Shown here piece by piece: positions 47,797-56,614 of a stretch of DNA of 64,000 bases; within the stretch, counting starts at the first letter, position 1, and each line of letters begins with the position of its first letter. The translations under genes and the position numbers were made by a program. The notes beneath the pieces are model-generated. The model searched no databases. It saw nothing but the letters and a program-made list of their open reading frames with translations, and was not told the DNA's origin. This stretch comes from a virus, in the IMG/VR virus record IMGVR_UViG_3300017991_000007, positions 42,649-106,648 of that record; one strand, given 5' to 3'.

Positions 47797-49131
47797 ATGC
47801 CAGAAAAATCATGGGTTAAAGGACGTGGTACTGAGTCCGTTGAAAAGTCGGTACCTAAGTCAGTTCGTAGGCTTGTCACGGCTGAGGAAAAACGTGCGGC
47901 TGCGGCAAAGGTGGGTACGGGAATGCCGGGGGTTGCCCCGTCCGTATCGGTAGAACCGGAAAGTCTGCTTGCTGATAAGCTGGTAAAGTTCGTCGCTGAA
48001 TCTATCAAAGATTCAGACGGTGATTTCATCCTATCCATTAAGGATATCACTTCAAAAACCGGGTTATCTTCAACGTATGCCCGTTTCTCTCTCAAAGACT
48101 CCAAGATAATCGAAAGAATCAATGAAAAGGTACCGGCTGAAAGCCATGTTGAAATGAACTTTGACGGTAATGAGCTTGCCGTACTTTTTGATGATGTAGT
48201 GGAAACTGAGGCTGAGGAAGTTGTTGAAATTACTGAGGAAACTGAGGAAACTGAGGATAAGGTGAAAAAGGTTGTTGCGACAAAAACCAAACCGAAAGAT
48301 TATTTCTATATTGATCCGACTCGCAAGAAAAAGCTTACGGCTGCTATCAATGCTTGCCTCAATGTGTGGGCTGCGGGTCCGACCGGTACCGGAAAATCTG
48401 AAACTTACGAAAGACTCTGCGAAATTCTCAAGAGAGAATCAATCAAGATGTCATTCAATGGAGAATCAAGTGCGGATGACCTTTTGGGGCATTACACTTT
48501 GCAGGGTACGGAAACGGTTTGGGTTGATGGTGCGCTACCCCGCGCAATGAAAGCGGGAGCGGTGTTGATTTGTGAGGAAATTGATGCCGCTCCCGCTGAG
48601 TGCAATCTTGCATTGCAGCGGGTTTTAGAGAATAGAAGGGATGGAAAGCCAAGGTCTTTCTACAATCCCCGTAACGGTGAAACCGTGGAAGCAAAACCGG
48701 AATTCGTGGTACTGGCAACTGCCAATACAACGGGTGGGGGTGACTACACCGGACTCTATGCGGGTGTGCAAGTTCAAAATGCTGCGTTTCGGGATAGGTT
48801 CGTTTTTGAATACTTTGATTACCTTACCCCGGCAATGGAAAAGAAAGTCTTGACAATGCGTTTCCCAAATATGCCCGCTGATATGGCTGATAAAGCGGTC
48901 AAGTTTGCCGGATACGCTCGGAATGCGGTTAATGACGGTACCATTTTCACGCCGGTATCAACTCGTACCTTGCTGGCATTCGCACAACTCTACTGCGTAT
49001 TCAGAGAGGCGAAAATGGGTACCAAAAAGGCTCTAAGTGAGGCTTTGGATTCGTCAATATTTTACAAGTCCGCAAGTCCCTCAGACGCTACTGCCTTAAA
49101 GGAAATGGCACAAAGGGTCTTTGGTGACTAA
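47797..49131 (+). CDS. MoxR-family AAA+ ATPase (CobS/CbbQ/NorQ-like)
   Basis: GPTGTGKS, DLLG, W.DG.L..AM..G, EEIDA, ATANT, AFRDRF, STR. Confidence 0.9.
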   Translation: MPEKSWVKGRGTESVEKSVPKSVRRLVTAEEKRAAAAKVGTGMPGVAPSVSVEPESLLADKLVKFVAESIKDSDGDFILSIKDITSKTGLSSTYARFSLKDSKIIERINEKVPAESHVEMNFDGNELAVLFDDVVETEAEEVVEITEETEETEDKVKKVVATKTKPKDYFYIDPTRKKKLTAAINACLNVWAAGPTGTGKSETYERLCEILKRESIKMSFNGESSADDLLGHYTLQGTETVWVDGALPRAMKAGAVLICEEIDAAPAECNLALQRVLENRRDGKPRSFYNPRNGETVEAKPEFVVLATANTTGGGDYTGLYAGVQVQNAAFRDRFVFEYFDYLTPAMEKKVLTMRFPNMPADMADKAVKFAGYARNAVNDGTIFTPVSTRTLLAFAQLYCVFREAKMGTKKALSEALDSSIFYKSASPSDATALKEMAQRVFGD

Positions 49132-49138
49132 AAAAGAC

Positions 49139-49167
49139 TTGACAAGCACAAAAAGCCGTGTTAGGGT
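49139..49167 (+). promoter_or_regulatory. sigma70 promoter
   Basis: TTGACA-17 nt-TAGGGT, extended -10. Confidence 0.8.
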
Positions 49168-49205
49168 CAAACCTAGCACGGTAACTTTTTTAACGGGGTA
49201 GCAAA

Positions 49206-51344
49206 ATGGTAAACAACCGACTCAATCAAACACTCGAAAGCGCAAGTGAGAAACTTGCCCGTATGGTTACGGCAAGCGGTATCAACGTGGGCTTTTCTGA
49301 CAAGGTGAAAATCCCAAGTGCGGACGTTGTAGGCAATCGAATTATGATGCCCGCCTTGCCGGAAAACATGACTCCCAAAGAGATTGCAAAATTGCGGGGT
49401 CTTATGGATCACGAAATGGCGCATTGCCTCTTTACCAAGGATAAGACCGGCAAGCCAATAGAACGTCCGGGCAACGGTATGGACGGTATCATTGCCAATG
49501 CTCTTGAGGATGGTCGTATCAACCGGAAAATGGGTGATAAGTTTTTCGGCTCCAAAGAAAATCTGAATGAGCTTTATCGGATTTATAAGGCTGAGATTGA
49601 TACTCAGGGGGATGAAATACCGCCGGGTGTTGATCCCGAACAACACAAGGATATGCAGGAAAGATTTACTGCGTTGCTAAGAGCGTCAATGGAGCATGTT
49701 ATGAAAGCCCCAAAGGATACTCTTAGCGAACCAAACCAATACACTGAGGCTCTAAGCCCGGAATTGGTCAATGAGTTAAGAAAAATCGAAACCCTTGAGG
49801 ATGTTTTTGAGGCGGTCCCAAAGGTCAAGAAATGGATTCTGAAAGACTATAAGGAACCACCTAAGCAGGATCAAGAGGGTGACGGTGACGGGGATAGCTC
49901 GGATGGTCAAGAGGGTGAAAGTAGCCAAAGTCAATCCGGGTCCGGTCAAGGCAGTTCTCAGGGTAAGTCTAAAATGAGTAGCTTGGATGATTCGGGTGAT
50001 TCTGACTCAAGCGATTCGGATAACCAAAGTGATTCAGGCGATTCAGGGGATTCTGATAAGCCTGAAAACTCGGACGGTGACTCTGAGGGGGGAAAAGGCG
50101 ATTCTGAGGGTGACGATTCAGACGAAAACGACTCTGAGGATTCGCAGGGCGGCTCTGAGGGGGATTCTGAGGATTCAGACGATGATTCAGACTCGGAAAG
50201 CGGTCAAGGCGATTCTGAGGGCAATGAGGGGGATTCTGAGGAAACCGGTCAAGGCGATTCGGACAAGGAAAAAGCCAATGCTGGTAATGATCCTAAAATG
50301 GAAAAGGGTCATGGTACCCCGGCTGAGACTGAGGGCGGGATGGATTCTGATTTCATAGACTCCTTTGCTGATTTCTGCAACAAAGTAGAGGAATCAATCA
50401 AGAAAAAACAAGAGGTCAAATTCAGTCAAAAGGATATGAAAGCAAAATATCTTGTGGATACGTCCGGGGATACTGAAATTCATATCAAGGATATGCCCAC
50501 TCTTTTCAAGCGCACCTACAATGATCCTTACGTTAAAGAACTTTTGGAGCATGGTAAGAGTCTTTTCCAAGGGCTGAATGATAAGGTTGCCGCAATGCGT
50601 GGTAGGCTTATTCTTGACTTGCAATCCAAGGGTAGAATATGGACCAAAGACCTTGATACGGGTCGATTGGATACTCGCACCTTGCACCGGCCTTTCATTG
50701 GTGACAAGAGGATTTTCAAAAACAAGCTTAAGAAAGATAAGGTCAATACTGCGGTAACTCTGCTTGTCGATTGTAGCGGCTCTATGAGCGGTAGGAAATT
50801 TGATACTGCCATTCAGCTTGCGGCAATTATGTGTGACGCTCTTGAAATGGCAAACGTGCCTTGTGAGGTCTTGGGATTCACTACCGGCTCAATCTCTGGC
50901 ACTCCCAATTTTGGGGTAAGGAGAGAGGGCGTTGTGCATATCATTTTCAAGACCTTTGATGAAATGGCAAGTGCCTTTCGTGACAAGTGGTACGGGGCTG
51001 CGGGTGTACTGAGAAACAATGTTGATGGAGAGGCGGTTTTGTGGGCTGCAAAGAGGCTCATTAAGCGTACTGAGGAAAGGAAAGTCTTATTCGTACTTTC
51101 GGATGGTAGACCCGCCGGATACGTTGATGCGGATATGGGAAAGCACCTCAAAGACTCAGTTAAGAAAGTAGAGAAAACTGGTATTGAGGTTTTGGGGGTT
51201 GGTATTATGACGAATGCTCCCAAGAGGTACTACACTAACAACGTGGTTTACAATGGCCTCAGTGAGCTTATGGCAGGATTCTACAAGCGCATTTCGGATA
51301 TGCTGCGTTTTGAAATTCATCAAAACAAAGCTAAGGCCGTTTAG
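49206..51344 (+). CDS. CobT-like VWA protein with an N-terminal HExxH domain and a long D/S/E/G linker
   Basis: DHEMAH...NALEDGRI; MIDAS DCSGSM; N.DGEA; LSDG.P. Confidence 0.88.
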   Translation: MVNNRLNQTLESASEKLARMVTASGINVGFSDKVKIPSADVVGNRIMMPALPENMTPKEIAKLRGLMDHEMAHCLFTKDKTGKPIERPGNGMDGIIANALEDGRINRKMGDKFFGSKENLNELYRIYKAEIDTQGDEIPPGVDPEQHKDMQERFTALLRASMEHVMKAPKDTLSEPNQYTEALSPELVNELRKIETLEDVFEAVPKVKKWILKDYKEPPKQDQEGDGDGDSSDGQEGESSQSQSGSGQGSSQGKSKMSSLDDSGDSDSSDSDNQSDSGDSGDSDKPENSDGDSEGGKGDSEGDDSDENDSEDSQGGSEGDSEDSDDDSDSESGQGDSEGNEGDSEETGQGDSDKEKANAGNDPKMEKGHGTPAETEGGMDSDFIDSFADFCNKVEESIKKKQEVKFSQKDMKAKYLVDTSGDTEIHIKDMPTLFKRTYNDPYVKELLEHGKSLFQGLNDKVAAMRGRLILDLQSKGRIWTKDLDTGRLDTRTLHRPFIGDKRIFKNKLKKDKVNTAVTLLVDCSGSMSGRKFDTAIQLAAIMCDALEMANVPCEVLGFTTGSISGTPNFGVRREGVVHIIFKTFDEMASAFRDKWYGAAGVLRNNVDGEAVLWAAKRLIKRTEERKVLFVLSDGRPAGYVDADMGKHLKDSVKKVEKTGIEVLGVGIMTNAPKRYYTNNVVYNGLSELMAGFYKRISDMLRFEIHQNKAKAV

Positions 51345-51352
51345 ATAGATAC

Positions 51353-51388
51353 GGGGCCGGGTTTATCCCGGCCTCAGTCTTTTCTTTG
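51353..51388 (+). terminator. Rho-independent terminator
   Basis: GGGGCCGGG-ttta-TCCCGGCCTC then a T-rich tail. Confidence 0.7.
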
Positions 51389-51399
51389 GAATAATTGGA

Positions 51400-52479
51400 A
51401 TGAGAAAATACTTTGCTCTACCTTATGACGTTTTAAGATTACCACCAAAGTATCTAAAGACCTATATGCAGCTTATAGCGGTGTCTGAGGGCAAACCTAT
51501 ATGCCTTACCCAAAAAGAGCTTGCGAAAGCTTTAGAAACCGGTCTGCGGACGCTCAAGAGGCATTTGTACTGGTTAGAGAGTGTCGGATTACTCAGGATC
51601 ATGCGGTATGGGTATATCGAATTGGAAACGGTAAAGGGTGTCAATAATGGCACACAATTTAAGCTAAGTTCTGATAACGAAAGCGAAAGTGGAAAAATGT
51701 GTGCCAATAATGGCACACTTCTTAATATAACTACTGATTATACTGATATTACGAAAGAGAATAATATAAAAGATATTAAGGAGTGTGTCATAAATGGCAC
51801 ACAATCTGAGGTAAACTCAGGTAATGAAAAGGAAAGTCCAAAAAATAGGGTTGAAAGTGTGCCAATAATGGCACACAATTTGTCTTTTGAGGGTAGGCTT
51901 ATGAGTGTAACCGATTGGAAAAGGGCATTCTCAAAGCGGGTTGCTGAGGTTGAAAATGATGCTGAGGTAAAGGCTAAAGCAAATCGCAGTAAAGAGGCTG
52001 CGAGAAAAGCCAAGCGTACCCGAATGAGAAAGGTTGTCCTATCGCTGAGTGATAAGGAGCTTGCCAATTGGAGTGTAGGAAATTTCTTAGAGCATTTCCA
52101 TGCTCGGTATTATGAGATTTACCCGCATGACAATCCGCTTACGGTGTCTGGATTGACCAACGGCGGCAAGGGCAGCGGTCAAATGCGAACACTATTGCAG
52201 CGGTTGGTACCACCAAACGAAACTGTAGAAGTGGGAGAAACCAAAGCACGGGAACGTCTGAAAGCCTTGATTGATCACGCTTTTGATAACGTGGAAAGGA
52301 TCATGCCCGCAGTAGGTTTGCGGGGAACGGCTTTGAGTATCGGTATCCTTGCCGGGTACTGGCAATCCTTTCTTAACGATATGGATGGTGTTGAAACCCT
52401 CAAAGATACGTCAAGAGCTTCATTGGACAAGGGGTTAGAGAAAGATGAGGAATTCGATGACTCAGAAAGCCTCTGGTAA
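51400..52479 (+). CDS. Putative replication initiator (N-terminal winged HTH) containing the origin
   Basis: LTQKELAKALETGLRTLKRHLYWLESVGLL; internal iterons; upstream of the loader-like gene and dnaB. Confidence 0.75.
   Translation: MRKYFALPYDVLRLPPKYLKTYMQLIAVSEGKPICLTQKELAKALETGLRTLKRHLYWLESVGLLRIMRYGYIELETVKGVNNGTQFKLSSDNESESGKMCANNGTLLNITTDYTDITKENNIKDIKECVINGTQSEVNSGNEKESPKNRVESVPIMAHNLSFEGRLMSVTDWKRAFSKRVAEVENDAEVKAKANRSKEAARKAKRTRMRKVVLSLSDKELANWSVGNFLEHFHARYYEIYPHDNPLTVSGLTNGGKGSGQMRTLLQRLVPPNETVEVGETKARERLKALIDHAFDNVERIMPAVGLRGTALSIGILAGYWQSFLNDMDGVETLKDTSRASLDKGLEKDEEFDDSESLW
51636..51876. repeat. Four palindromic 20-bp iterons around an AT-rich tract: putative replication origin
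   Basis: Consensus GTGTGCCA-ATAA-TGGCACAC at 51636, 51699, 51783 and 51857; AT-rich 51719-51782. Confidence 0.85.
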
Positions 52480-53095
52480 TAGGTCATTTCGGCAAAAACC
52501 AATGGTATTGCAGGGTGATTACCATGCGGACCCGGTACTAGAGCTAAAAGCTGTAGATATGGAAATTATGCACTTGCCGGAAAGGTTGTGGACTCAGCGC
52601 ATGGCTGATTTATTCAATGATCCCAAGCTTTATGGGGTTATCAAGAGGTTTGTTGAAGGGTTGCCGGGTACGATGCGTCCGGTCAATGACGAACAGCCGA
52701 GTATTTTTACTTTCTTTGGCTCCCTGAATAGCATGGCTGAGGCCGGGGCAGGGATCATGCTCAAAGCTGCCCGGTCACACCGATTCAAGACGCTGTACCT
52801 TGATGTTGCCCGGATATCTGATTATTGGCGTACCAAGACCTTGACTGCGGATGAGGATCAAACTTTTGAGGAAAGGGCTTACGAGACTGATTTGCTTTTT
52901 TTGAGCGGGCTTGGCTCCGAAAGTCAGAAATCCTTTGTGCAAGACGTGATTTTTTCGCTACTAAAGCACCGGCAAATGGAGCGATTGGTAACGGTTGCCA
53001 CTACGACACTCTCCCCGAAAGAGCTTACCAATTTCTACCGGGGCGGCGTTTTTGACCTTTTGAATTTGTCCGCAGTGATAGTCCGCTGCGAATAG
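52457..53095 (+). CDS. DnaC/IstB-like helicase loader with degenerate Walker motifs
   Basis: DLLFLSGLGSE, IFSLLKHR..RL.T..TTTL; no GKT. Confidence 0.7.
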   Translation: MTQKASGNRSFRQKPMVLQGDYHADPVLELKAVDMEIMHLPERLWTQRMADLFNDPKLYGVIKRFVEGLPGTMRPVNDEQPSIFTFFGSLNSMAEAGAGIMLKAARSHRFKTLYLDVARISDYWRTKTLTADEDQTFEERAYETDLLFLSGLGSESQKSFVQDVIFSLLKHRQMERLVTVATTTLSPKELTNFYRGGVFDLLNLSAVIVRCE

Positions 53096-53097
53096 CC

Positions 53098-53126
53098 TTG
53101 ACACGCCTAAAACAGCGTGTTATATT
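53098..53126 (+). promoter_or_regulatory. sigma70 promoter; a TGCA-N6-TGCA box lies downstream at 53146-53159
   Basis: TTGACA-17 nt-TATATT, extended -10. Confidence 0.85.
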
Positions 53127-53172
53127 TATGAGCGATTTAGACGGGTGCAAGTGATTGCACGGGGGTAGCTAG

Positions 53173-54450
53173 ATGAGTTCTATTGACGTTGACATACTTT
53201 CACGCCTTTTGAGGCATCCCACTGAGATAACCGAACTACTGTACCACGGGATAACTGAAAAACACCTAAGAGGCAAGATTTTCTCAGACGCTTTCAATTT
53301 CATTATGGATCATCGGTCCAAGCACAAAAAGATTCCTGACATTTCGACGGTAGAGACACACGTTGGATTCAAGGCAAGCGACCCGCCCGAACCTATGGGA
53401 TTTTACTGCAAGCAAGTCATTGAGCGCATGGTTTATTACACCATGCAGGACGGTATGAATGAGTCCGTTGACTTGATGAATGATGGCAAAATCATGGAGG
53501 CGGTTGGTCATTTGCGTATGACCTCTCAGAAAGGGGAGAAAGAAGCATCCTACTCTCAGAAAGTTTACAGCACTGAGATTCAGGTACCGGATAGGCGCAA
53601 GAGGTATCTTGATGCAAAGACCCGTACCGGCCCGGAAGGTTGGCCGCTGCCTTGGGAGCCTTTTACTGAGGCTACGAGGGGATGGTTGCCGGGTGATTTC
53701 GGGCTGCTTGGCGCACGGACAGGCGTTGGAAAGACCTTTATTTTGCTACTTATGGCTCATTGGGCTTGGGCGGCGGGTGCTAAGACGCTTTTTATCAGTA
53801 TGGAAATGGAGCCAGAGGAAATCCAGTTACGGCATGACGCTTATATGGCCGGTGTGCCACTTGATAAGCTTTCGAAAGGGGAGTTGACCGCCAAAGATGA
53901 GGCAACTTACATGGATGCCCTCAGAGAAATGGAAAAGCTGGACGGTATCAAGATTGTGGGTCACAATATGTCAGCTACCGTTACCCACCTTACCGCAGCA
54001 ATAGAGCGTTTTGAGCCTGATATCGTATTCATAGATTCGATCTACCTTATGAAACCGTCTTTTATGTCTTTCAAATCATCCCGGCATGACAAGGTATCTG
54101 ATATGGGGGATGAGGTTGCGGTTTTGGCAACGGATTATCACATTCCTATTATCGGCTCCATACAAGCCAATAGGGAGCAACGAAAGTCTAAGAGGGAGTT
54201 TGGGGTAGAGCATATTTACGGTACGGATGTTCTAGGGCAGCATTCACCGCTGATTTTCGGGTTGGTTGCCACGCTTGAAGATTTAAGGGAAAGCAGTATC
54301 AGTTGCAATCTGGTTAAGAATCGTAGGGGTCCGCAAGTCGCATCCCGTCTTGAATGGGATTTTGATGATATGGAATTTAACATGCTTGAGCATGAGGTAG
54401 GTGTTCCTGTATTGCCGAAAAAGGCGGCTCCGAAACCTACTTGGAGGTGA
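53173..54450 (+). CDS. dnaB: Replicative DNA helicase (DnaB family)
   Basis: GARTGVGKT, ISMEM, FIDSIYLM, QANRE, KNRRGP. Confidence 0.92.
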   Translation: MSSIDVDILSRLLRHPTEITELLYHGITEKHLRGKIFSDAFNFIMDHRSKHKKIPDISTVETHVGFKASDPPEPMGFYCKQVIERMVYYTMQDGMNESVDLMNDGKIMEAVGHLRMTSQKGEKEASYSQKVYSTEIQVPDRRKRYLDAKTRTGPEGWPLPWEPFTEATRGWLPGDFGLLGARTGVGKTFILLLMAHWAWAAGAKTLFISMEMEPEEIQLRHDAYMAGVPLDKLSKGELTAKDEATYMDALREMEKLDGIKIVGHNMSATVTHLTAAIERFEPDIVFIDSIYLMKPSFMSFKSSRHDKVSDMGDEVAVLATDYHIPIIGSIQANREQRKSKREFGVEHIYGTDVLGQHSPLIFGLVATLEDLRESSISCNLVKNRRGPQVASRLEWDFDDMEFNMLEHEVGVPVLPKKAAPKPTWR

Positions 54451-54452
54451 TT

Positions 54453-54926
54453 ATGGCTCCATTAAATAAACTACAACGTGAAAAGCTGAAAATTCAGCAA
54501 GCAATGGAGGCGGCAAGGACTGAGGGGCTATCTATGAAAGATGAGTTCGTTTCCCCCGGCAAAGAGGCTCCGGTAATAGCCCGTGATCCGTTATTCAAAG
54601 ACTACAAGACTTCTGTTGCTGACTTGGTTGCGTGGGTTATGGCAAATACTGAGGATGAGATTGCGAATGTCCGAGCGCACGTTGACCGGGATATTATGCT
54701 TGGGGTGACGATTATTAAGCTGGTTTTCGATTTTGAGAATTTTAATGAGGAATGGGAAACCTTTACAACTAAGGTGCGTGTTGCGGATGAGATTGTTTTG
54801 GATGCCGTGCTTGATGAGGATGCTTTTGTAGAGCATGTTGGCCGGATGCTGCTTGCTGGTATCTCCAATAGTATCAGAGAGTATCTAGGGGCAGGGCAAA
54901 AGGATATAGAACGTGCTGAAAACTGA
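54453..54926 (+). CDS. Hypothetical protein
   Basis: RBS GGAGGT. Confidence 0.7.
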   Translation: MAPLNKLQREKLKIQQAMEAARTEGLSMKDEFVSPGKEAPVIARDPLFKDYKTSVADLVAWVMANTEDEIANVRAHVDRDIMLGVTIIKLVFDFENFNEEWETFTTKVRVADEIVLDAVLDEDAFVEHVGRMLLAGISNSIREYLGAGQKDIERAEN

Positions 54927-55986
54927 ATTATTGAAGGTCGCAAGACTACTGGATTTGGATGCCTTTGAGGTGACGGGAAACATCATGGTCCAATGCCCGT
55001 TTTCGCCTTGGACGCACGGTAAGAATCGGATGCAACGCCCGCCGGGATCAATGAGCTTGGAGGTACGTCCGGGGCAGTCACGGTATAACTGTCATGCTTG
55101 CGGCAAGAGCGGAATGACGCTGCATATCATGTTGATGCAGTTGCAGGATTTGGGATACTTCAAAGATGAGCCTGAGTTGTACGATACCCTCTTTAGTCTA
55201 GTAGATAAGGCTGAGAGATTCATTCCCAAGCATGATATGAGTTATGATGAGGCGATTACGAAAGCTGGATTGGTCCGGCTATTCTCCCCGCCCCCGGACG
55301 GTGTACCCATTTATGAGCCTGAGTGGTTTGAGAGGTTCGCAGATTTGTACTCAGCGGACGGACAGCCCGGTTTGCGGTACCTCAGAAACCGGGGAGTTAC
55401 GGATGAGGCCATAAAGCATTTCAATCTGCGGTATGACGCTCCTTACGAGCGGGTGGTTTTGCCTATTCAGTGGCATGACGGCTCCCTTATTGGTGCTACC
55501 GGGCGGTTGATACGTCCGGCCAAAGAGGGGGAGTTGGCTCACTACCATTATCGTAATTTCAAGAAAGGTGTTGTGCTTTTCGGAGAGAATCAGCTTGAGC
55601 AATCTCCGGTGATAGTCGCTGAGGGTCCGTTTGATGTTCTGCGGTTGTACCAAGCCGGATTTAATGCCGTCGCTACCCTTGGGGCCAAGTTTACGGATGA
55701 TCAAGTTGGAAAGCTTGTAGAGTGGGGTCAACCCGTCATTATTTTCTTTGATCCTGATAAGGCCGGTATCTCTGCAAGCGGTAAGCTCTATGGTGCGTTG
55801 GCAAAGAGCGGGGTGAAAGCACGGGTCTATCAGGCATTGGAAAGCGGTAAGGATGCGGGGGATCACACCGAGCGAGAATTACAGGACGTGTTGAATCCTC
55901 TGGTTATGGCCTTTTCCGAGAATCCCTTGGGACGGCTCAAACCTAGAAACCTTGTTTATTGGGGGCTTGATGATGAGCAAAAATAA
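54913..55986 (+). CDS. dnaG: DNA primase (zinc finger plus TOPRIM)
   Basis: CPF..H..CHAC; YL..RG; EGPFD; FDPDKAG; KD.GD. Confidence 0.9.
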   Translation: MLKTELLKVARLLDLDAFEVTGNIMVQCPFSPWTHGKNRMQRPPGSMSLEVRPGQSRYNCHACGKSGMTLHIMLMQLQDLGYFKDEPELYDTLFSLVDKAERFIPKHDMSYDEAITKAGLVRLFSPPPDGVPIYEPEWFERFADLYSADGQPGLRYLRNRGVTDEAIKHFNLRYDAPYERVVLPIQWHDGSLIGATGRLIRPAKEGELAHYHYRNFKKGVVLFGENQLEQSPVIVAEGPFDVLRLYQAGFNAVATLGAKFTDDQVGKLVEWGQPVIIFFDPDKAGISASGKLYGALAKSGVKARVYQALESGKDAGDHTERELQDVLNPLVMAFSENPLGRLKPRNLVYWGLDDEQK

Positions 55987-56494
55987 GAAAATGAAACCGC
56001 CAAGACCTACCATGCCGTCTGTTGGTAAGCAAATGCCCTCAGTCGATGTTGTGGATTTGAGTCTGACTCTTATTGATGAAACGGATGAGGGTGATTTGCG
56101 TTTTGAGTATTCCGGTCTATCCGTGGGTGCCTTTTTCTTTCTGCGGGGTAAGTTGAAAGTGCGGCCCTCTGACTTCGCAACGGACAAATTCGTTCTTTCC
56201 CCGTCATTACTTGACCGGAAAGAAAAGCGCATTCCGTTGGTTGCCAAGACTCTCTTTGCTACCACTCTTACCGGTTGGCAAGCTCTTTACCAGACGCTTT
56301 TACAGGACGGGGTGGATAAGGATGAGGCACGGGATTGCGCTAATTATATGCTTCCACTCGCTGCGGCTACAAGAGGCTTTATTGTAACGGATAAGAAAAC
56401 AATTGAGGCAGTTTGCCCCAAACTTGTAGAGGGTAATGACGCTGAGTTGCGGCGGTTGGCAGAAAAACTTTTGGAGTTAATTGAAAAGGGTTGA
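55970..56494 (+). CDS. Degenerate ThyX-like protein lacking the catalytic RHR motif
   Basis: FEYSGLS...FVLSPSL...YQTLLQDGV..DEAR...MLPLAAAT...ELRRLA. Confidence 0.55.
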   Translation: MMSKNKKMKPPRPTMPSVGKQMPSVDVVDLSLTLIDETDEGDLRFEYSGLSVGAFFFLRGKLKVRPSDFATDKFVLSPSLLDRKEKRIPLVAKTLFATTLTGWQALYQTLLQDGVDKDEARDCANYMLPLAAATRGFIVTDKKTIEAVCPKLVEGNDAELRRLAEKLLELIEKG

Positions 56495-56519
56495 CATTCC
56501 AGTTTTGGAGTGTTAGGTT
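56491..56519 (+). promoter_or_regulatory. sigma70 promoter for the SSB gene
   Basis: TTGACA-17 nt-TAGGTT, extended -10. Confidence 0.8.
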
Positions 56520-56614
56520 ATAGCTGCGTTCAAAGATGGTCTAAGGACTGCGATAATTTATAGTCCTTTATAGAAAAGACCACGAACTACAAAAACCTTT
56601 AGAAAGGGGTTGTT

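Noticed and set aside
49880-50270. DNA repeat element (GATTCTGAGG-like units)
   Set aside because: Explained by the low-complexity D/S/E/G protein linker
47797-51344. Cobalamin-biosynthesis auxiliary genes supporting NrdJ
   Set aside because: No cobN or other cob pathway genes; the similarity reflects the general MoxR/VWA family
51636-51876. Mini CRISPR array
   Set aside because: Repeats are only 20 bp, gaps are unequal (43, 64, 54 bp), the array lies inside an ORF and no cas genes are present; iterons fit better
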